A stretch of 63,863 nucleotides of DNA, filler included, from Choristocarpus tenellus KU-1152 (taxonomy: Eukaryota; Protista; Phaeophyceae): assembly GCA_964200185.2 (NCBI GenBank). It is 13 parts of 13 records of this genome, joined end to end, with 100 filler letters (N's around TTAATTAATTAA, not from the genome) between each part and the next. Parts side by side here need not be neighbours in the genome. Positions count along the whole stretch, not along the records: positions 32,057 to 38,319 come from CAXNAD020008540.1; positions 38,420 to 41,738 come from CAXNAD020020836.1; positions 41,839 to 49,988 come from CAXNAD020005075.1; positions 50,089 to 56,551 come from CAXNAD020008084.1; 9 more parts are not named here. One strand, 5' to 3'. Both the position numbers and the translations under genes were made by a program. Of this stretch, positions 37,353-50,169 are shown in pieces. Position 1 is the first letter of the stretch, and each line of letters opens with the position of its first letter. The notes under the pieces are model-generated. The model worked only from the letters and a program-made list of their open reading frames with translations, was not told the DNA's origin and ran no database searches.

Positions 37353-38280
37353 GTGTAAACTTTAAGGGAGCAGTAAATTGAGTAGAACTTTCCGCTCTCA
37401 ACTTGGGTAATTGAAAGTTGTGTATCAAAAACGGTTGGCATGATGGACTGAGAGCAACAGCTTACTTGGGAGTCATTGTATGCACACAATATATATATAT
37501 ATATTTGTGAAGATCCGTGTGAGAGGAGGTGCACAAAGAAAAATTGGTTTGTCTGAAAGGGTCACTGAGTTGATCCTATTCGGTGAGAGGGAAATATGCC
37601 TACATAGAGTCTACCCATAAAATTTTCCCCTCTGATCATGCCTGACGAAGAACAAGTGTCCCGTCAGTTCCTATCCTGGCCTGTGTGATTTTTCCTTCAT
37701 ACCAAAAAACTACATGACCATATTTTGTTTAGCCATGTCCCCAATGAGGAGACAAGTTGTGTGCAGAAATTGTTTAGATTCAAGTGATTGTGATTACAGG
37801 ACAGAGGTGGTTGTTAAGTATGACATGCATCGGCTACCAGTTGGTGTAAGGAGTACTTAGTTCTCTCTCTACAAATGTTATTGGTGAAGCATAGCTCAGT
37901 GATACATGGAATTCTTGATGTTGCTATTGTGTGCAATTCCGGATGATACAAACAAGAAGCTACATTGTTGCTCAGGAAGAAATGTTATCCCGTAGACCAT
38001 TGGAGTCCTAAGAAATAGCCAGACAGTTCTAGTAAAATGATGATGGCAGTATGCAGTGTTTGACATCGAAAATACCATTCCAATTGCCTCTTGACCTCCC
38101 AATACCAAACAAACACCTTCATGCTGTCCCGAGATTCATCTTGGGCACGTGGCATCGCTTGTACTACGGATGCTTGTCCTTGGAGCTGTAATGAGTGCAA
38201 TCATCAATGCGGTGTGTACTTTATATTGTAGCCCATTCCCCTCATCCATCTACCCTCCTGTCACACCATCCCCACATTTT

Positions 38281-38319
38281 TAGTCAAAGTATCTTAGAGG
38301 GTAGAGCCTCGTCCACTTG
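38281..38319. mobile_element. MITE-B end at a contig break
   Basis: TAGTCAAAGTATCTTAGAGGGTAGAGCC... Confidence 0.8.
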
Positions 38320-38489
38320 NNNNNNNNNNNNNNNNNNNNNNNNNNNNNNNNNNNNNNNNNNNNTTAATTAATTAANNNNNNNNNNNNNNNNNNNNNNNNN
38401 NNNNNNNNNNNNNNNNNNNCGTCTCTTAATTCTTAAATTGTTTCTTCTACAGAATCTTCTTTTACACATGAATAAAAAGCATATTCTTA

Positions 38490-41167
38490 ACAGACGTACC
38501 CGGTGTTTAGCGCTACATACAGCGCAAAGGGATAGCCACCTGACGAGTCCGATTCTCATGGAAGGGTTAAGCGTCTATTCTCTCTTCACCAAGAAAGTAT
38601 GATCTTTTCAACCTATTTTTTTTTCGGTTTTATAACAATTTCACAATAATCAATAAAAGAACATCCGTCTTTACCGAATGTTGTAACCCTACTGAATAGT
38701 GGTATACATATTGTAGTTATGAACAGGCTAGTTGGGGTGTTCCTTTTCCTCATGAATCAAAAAGGAGATTTAATAAGGGTAATTTTGCTCTCTTCACAGA
38801 TGTATTGAAATTTCTATGTATGTCTATGACGGCGTTGAACTAGAACAAATAGAGACATAAAAATGTATATATATATGTAACTCCCCATCCGCTATTTCTT
38901 CATTAGTGCGAGAAGGTCAAAAGTTTGAGTTTGCATTTTGTTTTCATATAATTGCAGTTTTGTTGAATTATATTATAGTGCATAATAAAAAAAACTTTCC
39001 CCAAACCACATATGCGACAAACCCCACACTCCCTCGCTTTCTCGACAATAAACCAACGTGCCTGGATGGACAATATAGAGGAATCGTTGTTACAGTTCTT
39101 CGAGAGGACTACACCCATCGCACTGCAGATGTACGATGTTGACCGGTCAGCCTCTAGGGGATCTGACTAACAACCGGAATGAACTCATGGGCTCCGGAGG
39201 GGTAGACCCCAGGACATCCCAAAGGCAGGGCCAAGCCTTCGTTGCAGCTAGACACACTCCAATGTTGCCTGTGCGTTCTGTAATTACCTGAAAAGAGGGA
39301 TTAGCGCTTGAAGACTAGACATAGCGAAGCATATAGTCACCATATCCTTCCAAAATCATATATTTGCATCGAAATCATCAGAGAGATGCAGTGTTCACCA
39401 GTTCCATTGTAGCTCTGAACTGGTGACGCACATGTCCTCCCATCAAGAGCAGAACGAAACTTAACGACAAAGTTAATGTCCTCCGATATCCTCGTTCCGA
39501 TATGCATCGGAAGTAAACGATGTTCCATTCCAGTTTCTGTTTCCGATCACAACCCTAGCACCTGTCCTAACCTAAGCCTCTGCCCCAACCCTCACACTAT
39601 CCCTCACCCTTACCCAATAATGAAATTATGCCAAGTCATGTTTCGCTCTTCTTTCATCCGCTCACTCGCCTCATGTCATTTTTGCCATATTTTACCGTAT
39701 GACAAATTATGGCAAATATTGCGACAGTCCATATACCAACTTTTTTCGAGCCACACGCCTCATGTCATTTTTGCCATACTTTATTGTATGACAAAGTATG
39801 GCAAAAATTGCGGCTGTCCACATACCAACTTATTTGAAGCCACACGCATCATGTCATTTTTGTCATACTTTGTCCCATGACAAAGTGTGGCAAAAGTCGC
39901 GGCGTTCCATATACCAACTTTTTTCAAGCCACACGCCTCATGTCATTTTTGCCATATTTACCGTACGACAAAGTATGGCAAAATTTGCGGCTGTCCACAT
40001 ACCAACTTATTTGAAGCCACACGCATCATGTTATTTTTGCCATACTTTGTCCTACGACAAAGTGTGGCAAAAGTTGCGGCGGTCCATATACCAACTTATT
40101 TGAAGCCACACGCCTCTAATCCATCGTCCTCAACTTTCCACAAAATTCAATCGCCATCTCGTATCCCCTGCAGAGAAAGAGGCATATACAATGGTATGTG
40201 CATCTGGGGATATGTATTGACCGATACCACATGAAACGTTCAGTATCCCTTCCACCACAAAACCCATCGTAAACAATAGTTTACCGCTTGACAGAACACG
40301 TCAATTGTAGTACATATATACGCCAATATTATCTGGGGCGACACCCACCAAGCATTTGTCAACTGTTTCCCCAAAAAAACAGAGAAAAACACACTCTCTA
40401 TCGTTTGGTAAACTCTTCAGTTCACTTTGTCCTATATGCTTCATGGTATGTATTCATAGCCTTTTTGATGTGACTCACAAGTTACCGTATACGCAACGCA
40501 CACCTTTACAAGATATTCTAACCGGGGCAGTTTCAGTTTTCGATGTATCAAACACACCCTTCTCTACGCTTTCAACGTGGGGTGTCATTCAACACAGTCG
40601 TACTCCGTGGAACACTTCGTGACCAAAAATTGTGCTAGCCCCTTCACCCGAACAAAGTGGGAGTATTATCTATGTTCGCATCATCAAGATAAATCACTAA
40701 CGTCAAGGGGAAACAAACCCACCAACTCATATCATAACCTTGTTTGAATCCCACTCAGGAAACGGGGACTAAAGAGACTGCCCAAGATCAGTGCCGCTCG
40801 TTCGCGAAAGAAATCCAAAACGGACCAGATCAAGGACCTCTTCCTCTCCATGTTTGTCAACCACGATGGTCCAGAAGATATGGAAGGAAGCGGCCGCACT
40901 TGGAACGACCTTGCCTCTTGGTTGTTGGACGAAAAAAACAGATTTGCACCATTGGCGAGCGCGTTCGTTGGGAGTTGTGCTGGCTCGGGAACAACGTGAG
41001 TCTACGCCTGATCTTCAGGTCAAGACATTCCTAGAATATATAAAAAAGATCTTAGCACCGATCACACCCGCCAGGTATACAAATCCATCCTCGTCTGCGT
41101 CGCTCCTGATGTTGAAATAGGCGATGACGGGGTGATATTGACGTTTCAACCTCTTCTGTCCGTCACT
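38490..41167 (+). mobile_element. 5' region of the Sola-like element, copy 2 (3'-truncated)
   Basis: Colinear with the reverse complement of 29655-31860; diverges after ...CCGTCAC at ~41167. Confidence 0.85.
39667..40110. repeat. Five tandem 88-89-bp units, each with an internal palindrome
   Basis: Units start at 39667, 39756, 39845, 39934 and 40022. Stem in unit 5: TTTTGCCATACTTTGTC-CTAC-GACAAAGTGTGGCAAAA. Confidence 0.95.
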
Positions 41168-41532
41168 GAACGTCTTTGTCACTGAAGACTTCGAGGTGCT
41201 GAGTGCTAGCTTTGTTGATGGAGTGCCAACTACTACTCACATGTCATGGACGAGCAAGGTGAGAAACGCTTCTTATTGCTTCTAAGAGAACAATGCCCCA
41301 CACGAATGAATCCACGCTGTTCGTGTACAGATGTCACATATCCCCTTATATCCCCTCTAAACCAAATACATTCCTCTCATAACGTCCAATCCTGACATCC
41401 AAACCAGTGTCATTTTGTTCTCCTAATCTGCAACCGTCACTGACACCTTTCACATAATATTTGACAAGTTGTGTAGGGCGAATAGGTGCATTCCATTCAT
41501 TCATTTCGCTGCCTAAGTGTATCCTTTATCAT

Positions 41533-41700
41533 GGCTCGATGTACCTGGGGGGGGGTGGCGGCTGTCCCATTTGGAGCTAAATTTTTCGTGTTGCGATTTT
41601 TGGGTGATTTGGTTCCATACGTTGGACGGATAATGAAAGTGCACTTTTCCTGGTGTTTGTCCAAATGGACACTTTGGTGAAGACCCCCCCCCCCCCCCCC
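41533..41700. mobile_element. MITE subfamily A, truncated at its poly-C tract
   Basis: Interior matches 26478-26656 and 60921-61101. Further MITE-A ends lie at contig edges 5637, 14123, 24165, 32057-32148, 41839, 56475-56551 and 56652-56723. Confidence 0.85.
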
Positions 41701-44183
41701 CACACCCCTTTGGTTGCGTTCATAAAAAATACTAATTCNNNNNNNNNNNNNNNNNNNNNNNNNNNNNNNNNNNNNNNNNNNNTTAATTAATTAANNNNNN
41801 NNNNNNNNNNNNNNNNNNNNNNNNNNNNNNNNNNNNNNCCTCATAAACCACCCCCCCCCCCCAGATACTTTGACCCAAATATTTTGTCCATATGAGCGCG
41901 AGATCACTCCTCTTAGAGTGGCAGAATTAACACTATACCAAAAGGGAGTCACAGAAGCCCCAAACTTTCAACATCACCCTCTGAAATAGGATAGTTGTGA
42001 TCATGCAAGTATCTAACTGTGACGCATCATACTGCTGAGGCACAGACAGAAGTTCCAATAGAGACCTTAGTTCTGAAAGCATAGCATATTATATGAATAA
42101 ATGAATTATAGATACACACCACTCTCACCTATTATGAATGGACTTGGTTACGACATGTGGAGGTGGGGAATTTTCCAAATCGATTATAGTTGGCGGACCC
42201 CCCGAACAAAGACCTTTTAATTGAAAACCATGGGTCATTTGACTCGGTTAAAAGCAGAATATGTAGCAGCGTGTATCACTTTGATTTTGATTTGAGAATT
42301 TTTCTTCCTCCACTAAACCTGGATTTGTTCTATACTAACGGTCATCATATTGTCTCATGCAATTTATTGTCCTATTCTTGTAGTTTTTGTGGATATATGT
42401 ACCCCTAAGACTTGTACCTTTTAACAACTACAATGAGTAGAAGAATCTTATAACTTGAAACTTGTAAGTATAGAAATATAACTATTGGAAACAAACGACG
42501 GTCCGCCAATATCGAGGAGAAATCGGAGATTTCCACAAACGTAATGGAATTATATTATTATTTTGCTGTTTGACATTTTCCACATGTGTCGGGAAAAAAG
42601 TCAATTCAATATCAAAATAACCCTATAAAAGTAACCATAGTGGGGTATATATTATTTTAGCCTCTGGCATGTCGCAGATTTGTTAGGGGAAAAGTCAAAT
42701 TCAATTTCATAAGAACCCCTGCACTCCCCTATGTCCTCGGAGGGTGAAGGTAGGTTAAAAGTATGTGGGTGTACATTACTTTGCAGTGAACAACCTGGAA
42801 AGTGGAAACTACTCTTTGTTAATTTTAAACCGTAAATATTTTCTTAAGAGGAGTCTCACCATTGACAACTGGTGTTGCATTTACACTATTCCATTTATAA
42901 TATAGACTTGGTTTTTCCCTGATGCATCTTTGTGCAAAATGTGAGATGGTCTAATAATATGTTCTTGACAACTACAGCTGTTGTCCTTGTCATATTTGAA
43001 GGCATATTTGAAGCAGTATCTACAATATTATGCCCCATAACATTTTCTAGATGTGTTAGAAAAAAATCAAAACTTAAACTATACTATAACGCGCATTTCT
43101 ACGTGATAATATTGTATGCAACAATTGTGGTCAATCCCATTATGCATCCCCAAGATACAAACTATTTGAAAACTAACAATGTAGGAATATTCCTTTTTTT
43201 GCAAAGGATCAATCTATTTTTACTTTCTTGGTTGAAACTTATATCCTACAATGAACAGCTGAGTACGTACCTACAAAAGCGACATTCCTACTATTAATAG
43301 TTCTATCTTAGGGTTCTCTTGTTTTCTGTGACTGTTCCTTCAGTTGGGAACTTGGTGTACATTCTTGCTTCCTACCTTCTCTGTTTGCTTAAAAGAAGGG
43401 TGTGAAGCAAGAGAAGCAAAAATGGTGGGCAGAAGGTATCAATGGTTCTCTATATAGTATTGTGTTATTAGTGTGGCTATATTCTATATTCGTTGTTCAT
43501 TCCCGATAGTTCTATACTCGATATATTGTATGTAGTACGTAAATACAGTTTCTAAATATCGGTTGCAAATCTTCTTCTTATTGTTGCAAGTTAACAGTTG
43601 CATTAGTGTTGTGTTTACCGAATTACAATGTACAGATAGGAGAAAAATCTTAGATTTCATATGATAGAGCAAGTCTGTTTGGCAGGAATGAAAATCTAGC
43701 ATATATATTGTCCAGTTTATATCCAATTCTTTATGTATACAATTTCCTTTGAAACTGAACTTTGAGTGTATATTTATTGCTATCTAATAGTGATGACAAG
43801 AGTAAAAACAATCTTCTTACTTCGGACAACTCTCATCCAGATACGTCATTTCTTGCCGGTAGAATTCCACTCATTACATAATAATATGATTGTCCTGATT
43901 CTTGTTCCGTCCTTTTTCCGAAGAGGCAAAATTAAGGGTGAGTATAACAACATACCTCAAAAGCCGATTATTGTTGTATTGTTGTCTTTGAGTCTTTTTA
44001 GTATTCAGAACAAGAGCAAAGCGAGGTCTTCCCCTCTGTCCCTTTCACTTTGCATACTGACATAGTAGGGTTTGCCGTCAACCGTCGTCCTACTGTGACT
44101 TCACGTTTTGTTGTTTGATATCAAACCCACTGGTCTTGATTTTTTTGTTTACGATATTGGGTACTGGCCGCTTTTGTCTATAG

Positions 44184-47100
44184 AGTGGAGTGGACGTTAG
44201 TTCTGGGAAGTTTCAGGTGGCGCCCCATCCTCCTATCCCTCGAGGGTTGGGTCCGCCCTCAAGGGGCGGTGGTCCATATTTTGCAAATACCGTGGAGGGT
44301 AGCGAACACGACTTGGATGCTGGGAGAGGTGGGGCGTATGGTATGACTCACGCTGGGGCTGGTGGTGGTCAGCCAACAGCCATTGCCACTGCAGACCTAA
44401 TCAGCGCAGTATTGACATGCTGGCGATGCTCATCTCGAGGATGTACTCAGGTAAGCAAGAAAATAGGATAATTTCTCCCTCAATTTTCCATCTGCAAGAG
44501 CCCTACTTTTGCGAAGAGTTCCCCTTCTTCTGTGAAGAGCCTCCTCTTGGCTGACGCTAGGAGCGCAGGATGATAATTGTTGCTGTTTTCACCATGAAAG
44601 TCCACCCCATGCAATGCCAGACCTCCATGAGTTATTCTTTAATTGCATTCACTTGGAATGGGGTATCTAGTTCGGTTTACGCAAGACTTTATAAAGGAAG
44701 CAAGGTACATTAGAGAAATTTCATCAGTGAATTCACACAGGTCCTCGACAAATTCCTTCGAGAAGAAGCGCAACTTGTACTTGAAGTTTTGTGTCACGCT
44801 ACTTAACAGGAAGGTTGAGAGGAGGTCATCGTTCAAGTATGTGATTGCCCATAATATGACGCTTCGTGATCGTTACCATTGTAGCATTTCCCTCGGGTTA
44901 TTCAATGTCACTGTGTATGTAGAATCACTCGACTGTGTTCCTTTTTCGAGCGTCAAGAACGATGTTGCTCTGTTGGCGAGGGTACTTCAATTGACAATGC
45001 AATCGATCGCCTTACGCGCCCGTTGCACGTTGCAGCAGCCTTGCGAGCAAATACGTGTTCAGTTCTCCCCCGCTGTAAAAGAGACACACTACTCTTTGGT
45101 TGTCGGATACTTGTTTCTCTGTTTTGGGACAAGCTTGTGAAGGGGGCGATGCTGTTTGGTTGTTCTTCCTCCACCGGTTTATTGTTTGTAGCAGAGTAGG
45201 ATGTTGTGTTACTGTAATCTCATTGAGTATTCACCATAACAGTACAACAAGTCCAGTATGACACAATGCCAAGCCAATTGAATTTGTCGTCATACCTACA
45301 CCTACACAAGCTCTGTAGCAATTTGGGGCAAAACTGCCTGTGGATGTGGATGTTGGTTCAGGTGTGGGTTGTATGTGTGGTAAGACCACGATGTGCACTG
45401 TGAGCAATCAAGACTGCTTGTCTGGAAAGTTCCAGTGGGGATGGTGCTTGATAAACGCTGGCATCAACACAGTGTAGCTCTCCTCTAGATAGCATTGCCA
45501 CTTTACAATACTAGAATGAAGTGTGCTCTGCACATGACAACTAACAATCTGGAACCCAGCCCAAGCAAAAATCTGTATGTTATTCGGGGTTGGGAAGACT
45601 CTGAGTGTGAAAGGCAGGGGGAGTAGCATGGGTGGTAACAATAAGGGGTCTAGTGAGAGCAAATGCCAATCTAACAAATGCTTGTCTTCTTTTCCGTCCC
45701 ATTGCCCGTATGGTTGGGTCGGGTTCTGCTGTGGCAGGTTCCGAGCTATGCGCTCCCAGGAGAACGCCCCGCATACTGCTCCCAGCACAAGAGGGATGGA
45801 ATGATTCAGGTATGATAAACAAACTTTTGTGGGAGGTGTTTTGGTGTACTTTTGAGGCGGTTTTGCAATGTATCCGGTTCCTACTCAACAGAAAATATTC
45901 TTTGCTTGCCTTGTTGAAATGAATGTGGTCATATGGGACAGAGGAGAACCTGCTCTTTGACTTGCCTTGCGTTGATGTAGCGGATTCTTTGTCTAACAGA
46001 AGATAAATCTTCTCTTTTGCTTGTCTTGTGACAATGAAACCTAGTTCTCTCTTCTCTATTTCTCTTGCATGTACTCGACAATGCAAACATGAACACAAGG
46101 TACATACAAACATTTGCACGTGCTTGTTCAGGTGGTGCCAATAAAGTGTGAGCATGCTGGGTGCGAGAGGAGGCGGGCCTTTGGGAATGGTACAGAGGGA
46201 GCCAGGCTGTGTGGGCTGCACAAGGAGGATGGCATGGAGGATGTGCTCAAGCGGCGAAAAAGGTCTGTTGGCAGACCAAGTATTGACTATTATGCCTAGG
46301 GGAGTAGGTCTCGAAGAAGTAACACTTGAGGCTTCTGGGCAGGTTAACGAAAAACCTTGGAGTACCTTGAAGTACCTAGAAGTTGTCATGGGAGGTAATA
46401 GTGCAGTAGTATGGGAGAAGTAGCAGTGGTGGTTTGACCCTAATAATCTTCACAGAAAAGTGACAACTACTGGTTGTAGTAAACTAATTTAGCAAGAAAT
46501 ATGAAATCATTCTGTAGCGTTTCTTCGCGTTGGGAGTGCATTCTTTTGTTTTTGTTTTATCACTGACTCTTTTGGGGAAAAGGTGAAGTCTCTCTTATTT
46601 CTCCTAGACTGGACTGGTAAGGTTAGGCTTAACCCTAGTCCTAACCTTGATTGTGATTAGTTGGCTGTTGGCAGTGGTATGTTGTGGATGCGTGGTTGTA
46701 CCCATTTCTGAACCATTGACAAAAGCGATTGGTTTTCATCGATGTATAAATCAAAGGAAAAGGTTTTACTAGCTGATGCACATGAGTTGGTATATATTGA
46801 TTGTTATTGGTAGTTCGTCAATTGGTTTTTTATTGATGCATGATAAAAAAATTGTAGCTTGAATTTTGTTGATGTGATGAGTTGATTTTGCGAAAAATAG
46901 ACGATCTTTGTGGGCTGTGTGATCCTATTGGGATGTGGTTGTCTCAAGAGAGGTTGGTGATGAGAATCAGTTGGAAAGAAAATAGGACCATAATGGACCA
47001 AGGAAGGTGACGTAGAGGATGAGGCGATGTTAGACAAGGATAGGCATGGACCGAATGAGGAGTTAAGATGGGGAAAAGCTGAAGAGAGACCCTGTGGTGA

Positions 47101-49452
47101 CTGGTAGCTCAGTAGAGAGTTCGCTGCAGAACCAAGACTCTTGAAGAATTTGCGCTGGAACTTGTTGCTCTGAAGGGACTTCACTGTGGAATAAGAGTTC
47201 TTGAAGAGACTGCACTGTGGAATCATGGTTTTTGAAGGGACCTGATTGTGGTAACCGGGCAGCCTAAAACCATTCCACTACAGGGCGTGACTGGTCTGAG
47301 TAGTAGGACAATGGGCATTGCAGCGATGGATGGTGCGACAATGGGCAACCCTGATTTCCACATCTGTTTTATAATTAGTGCACCACTACAGTGCTGATGT
47401 ACAGTAACAGCCACCGCTGGTGATGGTTACATTGACAGTTACATTGACAGCTCCCTGTCGTAGATGTGCTGTGACTTAGCATGTTGGTGACCCTGTGTGT
47501 GGTTGATGTTTTCAGTGTAGTGTTTTACTCTTGCGATACATACACTCATCTTTGCGTTTGCTGTTGGAATTTGAATGAAGTATTTTGTCCGTCAATTTTC
47601 TCGTATCTAGGTCTCCATGATGATCTGAGGTGTCTTTTGTCTAGTTTGAAGTTTGAAGAGCGGCCTCGGTCGTCATGTTTGTAGCGATGAGATATCACTG
47701 AAGTGTGGTAGGGAGTAGACTGCATGTTCGGTGGGTGAACAAGGGAAATATGAGTATGGAAAATATATACATGTATGTGTTTAAATATTTATACATGGGT
47801 GATATGTTACATATGTACATGTGATGAAGCGCACGTGTTATTGGTGTGGAACACTACTTGGAAATAATCTGTTTCTTGAACCATGTAGATATTGTTTTGT
47901 GAAGTATGGATGAAAGATGTATGTGTTTATGTGGAGGAAAATGGAGTATGTAGCATGAAGGTTTTGAGTGAGATATTATCCCTTGAAGTATGGATTGTAG
48001 ATGTGTTGGCTTGTGGCATAAGGAGTATGTGCTCTGAAGTTTCTGTGAGACTGGTATTATTTCAAAGTGAGGATTACAGAATTATTTGCTTATGTGGAAG
48101 AGTATGGAGGATGTGCTCTATGTATTTTCATGCGTTGTATGTCTTCTGTGGTAAGTCATTGTTCCAAATTTATACCACCACCACCACTACCACTGCTACT
48201 ACTATTACTACTACTAATACTACCAATACCACTACTACTACCACTATTACTACTACCACTATTACTTCTACTTCCACTACTACTACTACTATTATCACTA
48301 CTATCACTACTAATACTACCACTACTACTACTGCTGCTACTGATATTTTATGTATCAATCTACACTAGAAGTTATTGTAGGCTGCTGTAAGAGTCATCTA
48401 CTGAATGTGGGATCAAATTCTGGTTGCTGAGGACCGATCTATCTGTTGGTATGGGCAATTCAATTGGTGACGGATATTGAGAGCAGGAATTAGTAAAGAA
48501 AGATCATGGAAAGTGCAACGTTTGTACATCCTTTCTGGTTTTGCTGAGACAGATACTGAGTGCACTCGAGCAAAGGGTAGGGACTACCAGTGGTTTATGT
48601 ACATTTTACATGAGACACATATTTGTGTAGCGTGTATCGATTTAGGTGCGATTTGTTCTTATGTGACCATAGGGACAGGCACTTCCTTCGGTTAGTGTAT
48701 TTGCCATTCACAGACATACTTGTGTGGTGTGGGTCAATTTAGGTTTCTTTAGTCCATTTTCGTCACTGTCGGAAGTTCGCTGTTTGAACGAGGTGGGGGT
48801 GAAGAGCACGGTTTTGACACATCGGCAGTTACATCGGCAGTTACATCGACAGTTACATTGACAGTTACATCGACAGTTTAGCGCCGCGCAATGGGGCCTA
48901 CGCGATGCACTGTGACACCTGAAAGGAGGAGGAGATCACATTGGAGGCTGTATGTACAGTTTGTGCAATTCGTTGGAGGCAGTATTGGATGGTGCTTTGT
49001 TGGTAATACAGTATAGCTATGTGTCGAAGCCGCTTACGTGCACTGGTGTTTGTATCCGATTACCAGGTTTGTGTGTTCTGCTGGCATCTTTCAACAACCG
49101 CCGTGGACTATGATGCCTCTCCCTGCATGGAATAGAAAATAGCTGCTCGATCTAAAGCAACCAACCCGGAGTAAAGAAAAGGAGGGGAAGCGGGCAAGGA
49201 GAGGGAGGGAGGGTGGCTGAGCACAGTGTGATTCCGTTACGAAGCAACTTGTACGCTACTCATACGCTGTGCATCTAATTTCTCAATCCCAATCCCCGCT
49301 TGCTGAATATATGCCACTGTGTGTTCTTAAGGACTAGCACCTTTCTCTCTCTCTCTCTCTCTCTCTTACTTCTGATCTATTTTCTACTAGTGGAAAACAG
49401 TCCATGCTTTCAAGAAAAAGAAACTCGACGCCGGGTCAACCATCAAGAAACA

Positions 49453-49496
<44 letters not shown>

Positions 49497-49930
49497 CCTT
49501 TGCCTTTGAGATTGTGTTCACCCTACCTACCTAACTAACCCCCCTCACCTCCTTCACCACCATGCGCAGAATGTAGCCCCTGCCCCGTGGTCTTAAATGC
49601 ATCGTCTCGACCTCTTAAATGCACTGTGTACTGTCCTTTCCTGTACACTAATCCGTCCGTCCGGTGGGATCCATGCGCTTGTGATATCTGACCTGTGCAT
49701 TTATCCATTGCCTCGCCTCTCATCGTTCCGAGAGTAGATGCGATGGCCTTGGGTGTACCAAGGTGTCAACGTATGGGTTTGAAGGGGGTCTCTCTCGTGC
49801 ATGCTTCAGCCACAAGGAGCCAGGCATGGTATACCTCAAGACGAGGAAGAGGTGTGAGTACTACGAGTGCACCCGACAGCCCACCTACGGCAATGAGAGG
49901 GGAAAGGCTACGTTCTGCATGGCACACAAG
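44184..49930 (+). CDS. EsV-1-7 cysteine-rich repeat protein (partial, at least 4 repeats)
   Basis: Exons 44184-44450, 45738-45809, 46132-46262 and 49738-49930 splice in phase to ...CSSRGCTQVPSYALPGERPAYCSQHKRDGMIQVVPIKCEHAGCERRRAFGNGTEGARLCGLHKEDGMEDVLKRRKRCDGLGCTKVSTYGFEGGLSRACFSHKEPGMVYLKTRKRCEYYECTRQPTYGNERGKATFCMAHK, i.e. the C-x4-C...C-x2-HK-x2-GM pattern. Confidence 0.92.
48172..48341. repeat. (ACT/ACC)n microsatellite in an intron
   Basis: Imperfect trinucleotide run; it explains the poly-T/L/V ORFs in the track. Confidence 0.95.
48819..48878. repeat. 5 x 12-bp tandem repeat ACATYGRCAGTT
   Basis: acatcggcagtt x2, acatcgacagtt, acattgacagtt, acatcgacagtt; two related units at 47429-47452. 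Confidence 0.9.
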
Positions 49931-50138
49931 GTGCCACGGGGCGGGGGGGATGGCAGGAAAATGCATCACGGCGGCGGCCGGGGGAGGGNNNNNNNNNNNN
50001 NNNNNNNNNNNNNNNNNNNNNNNNNNNNNNNNTTAATTAATTAANNNNNNNNNNNNNNNNNNNNNNNNNNNNNNNNNNNNNNNNNNNNGGGGGTTGATCC
50101 CCGGCCCGGGGGGGGGTGGTGGTGCTGGGGGGGTGTGT

Positions 50139-50169
<31 letters not shown>

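Noticed and set aside
39667-40110. CRISPR-like array
   Set aside because: Whole units are homologous with no unique spacers, there are no cas genes, and the context is a eukaryotic TE.
44560-45140. Copia gag remnant in the EsV-1-7 gene intron
   Set aside because: Only a weak DDLLSTFLLSSV resemblance, interrupted by stops; no LTR or other domain found.
45580-46389. 269-aa minus-strand ORF
   Set aside because: Antisense to two well-supported EsV-1-7 exons; no motif recognised.
47892-48390. Poly-Thr, poly-Leu and poly-Val ORFs
   Set aside because: Translations of an intronic (ACT)n microsatellite.
44184-49930. Integrated phaeovirus genome
   Set aside because: The gene is spliced and no viral core genes are nearby.
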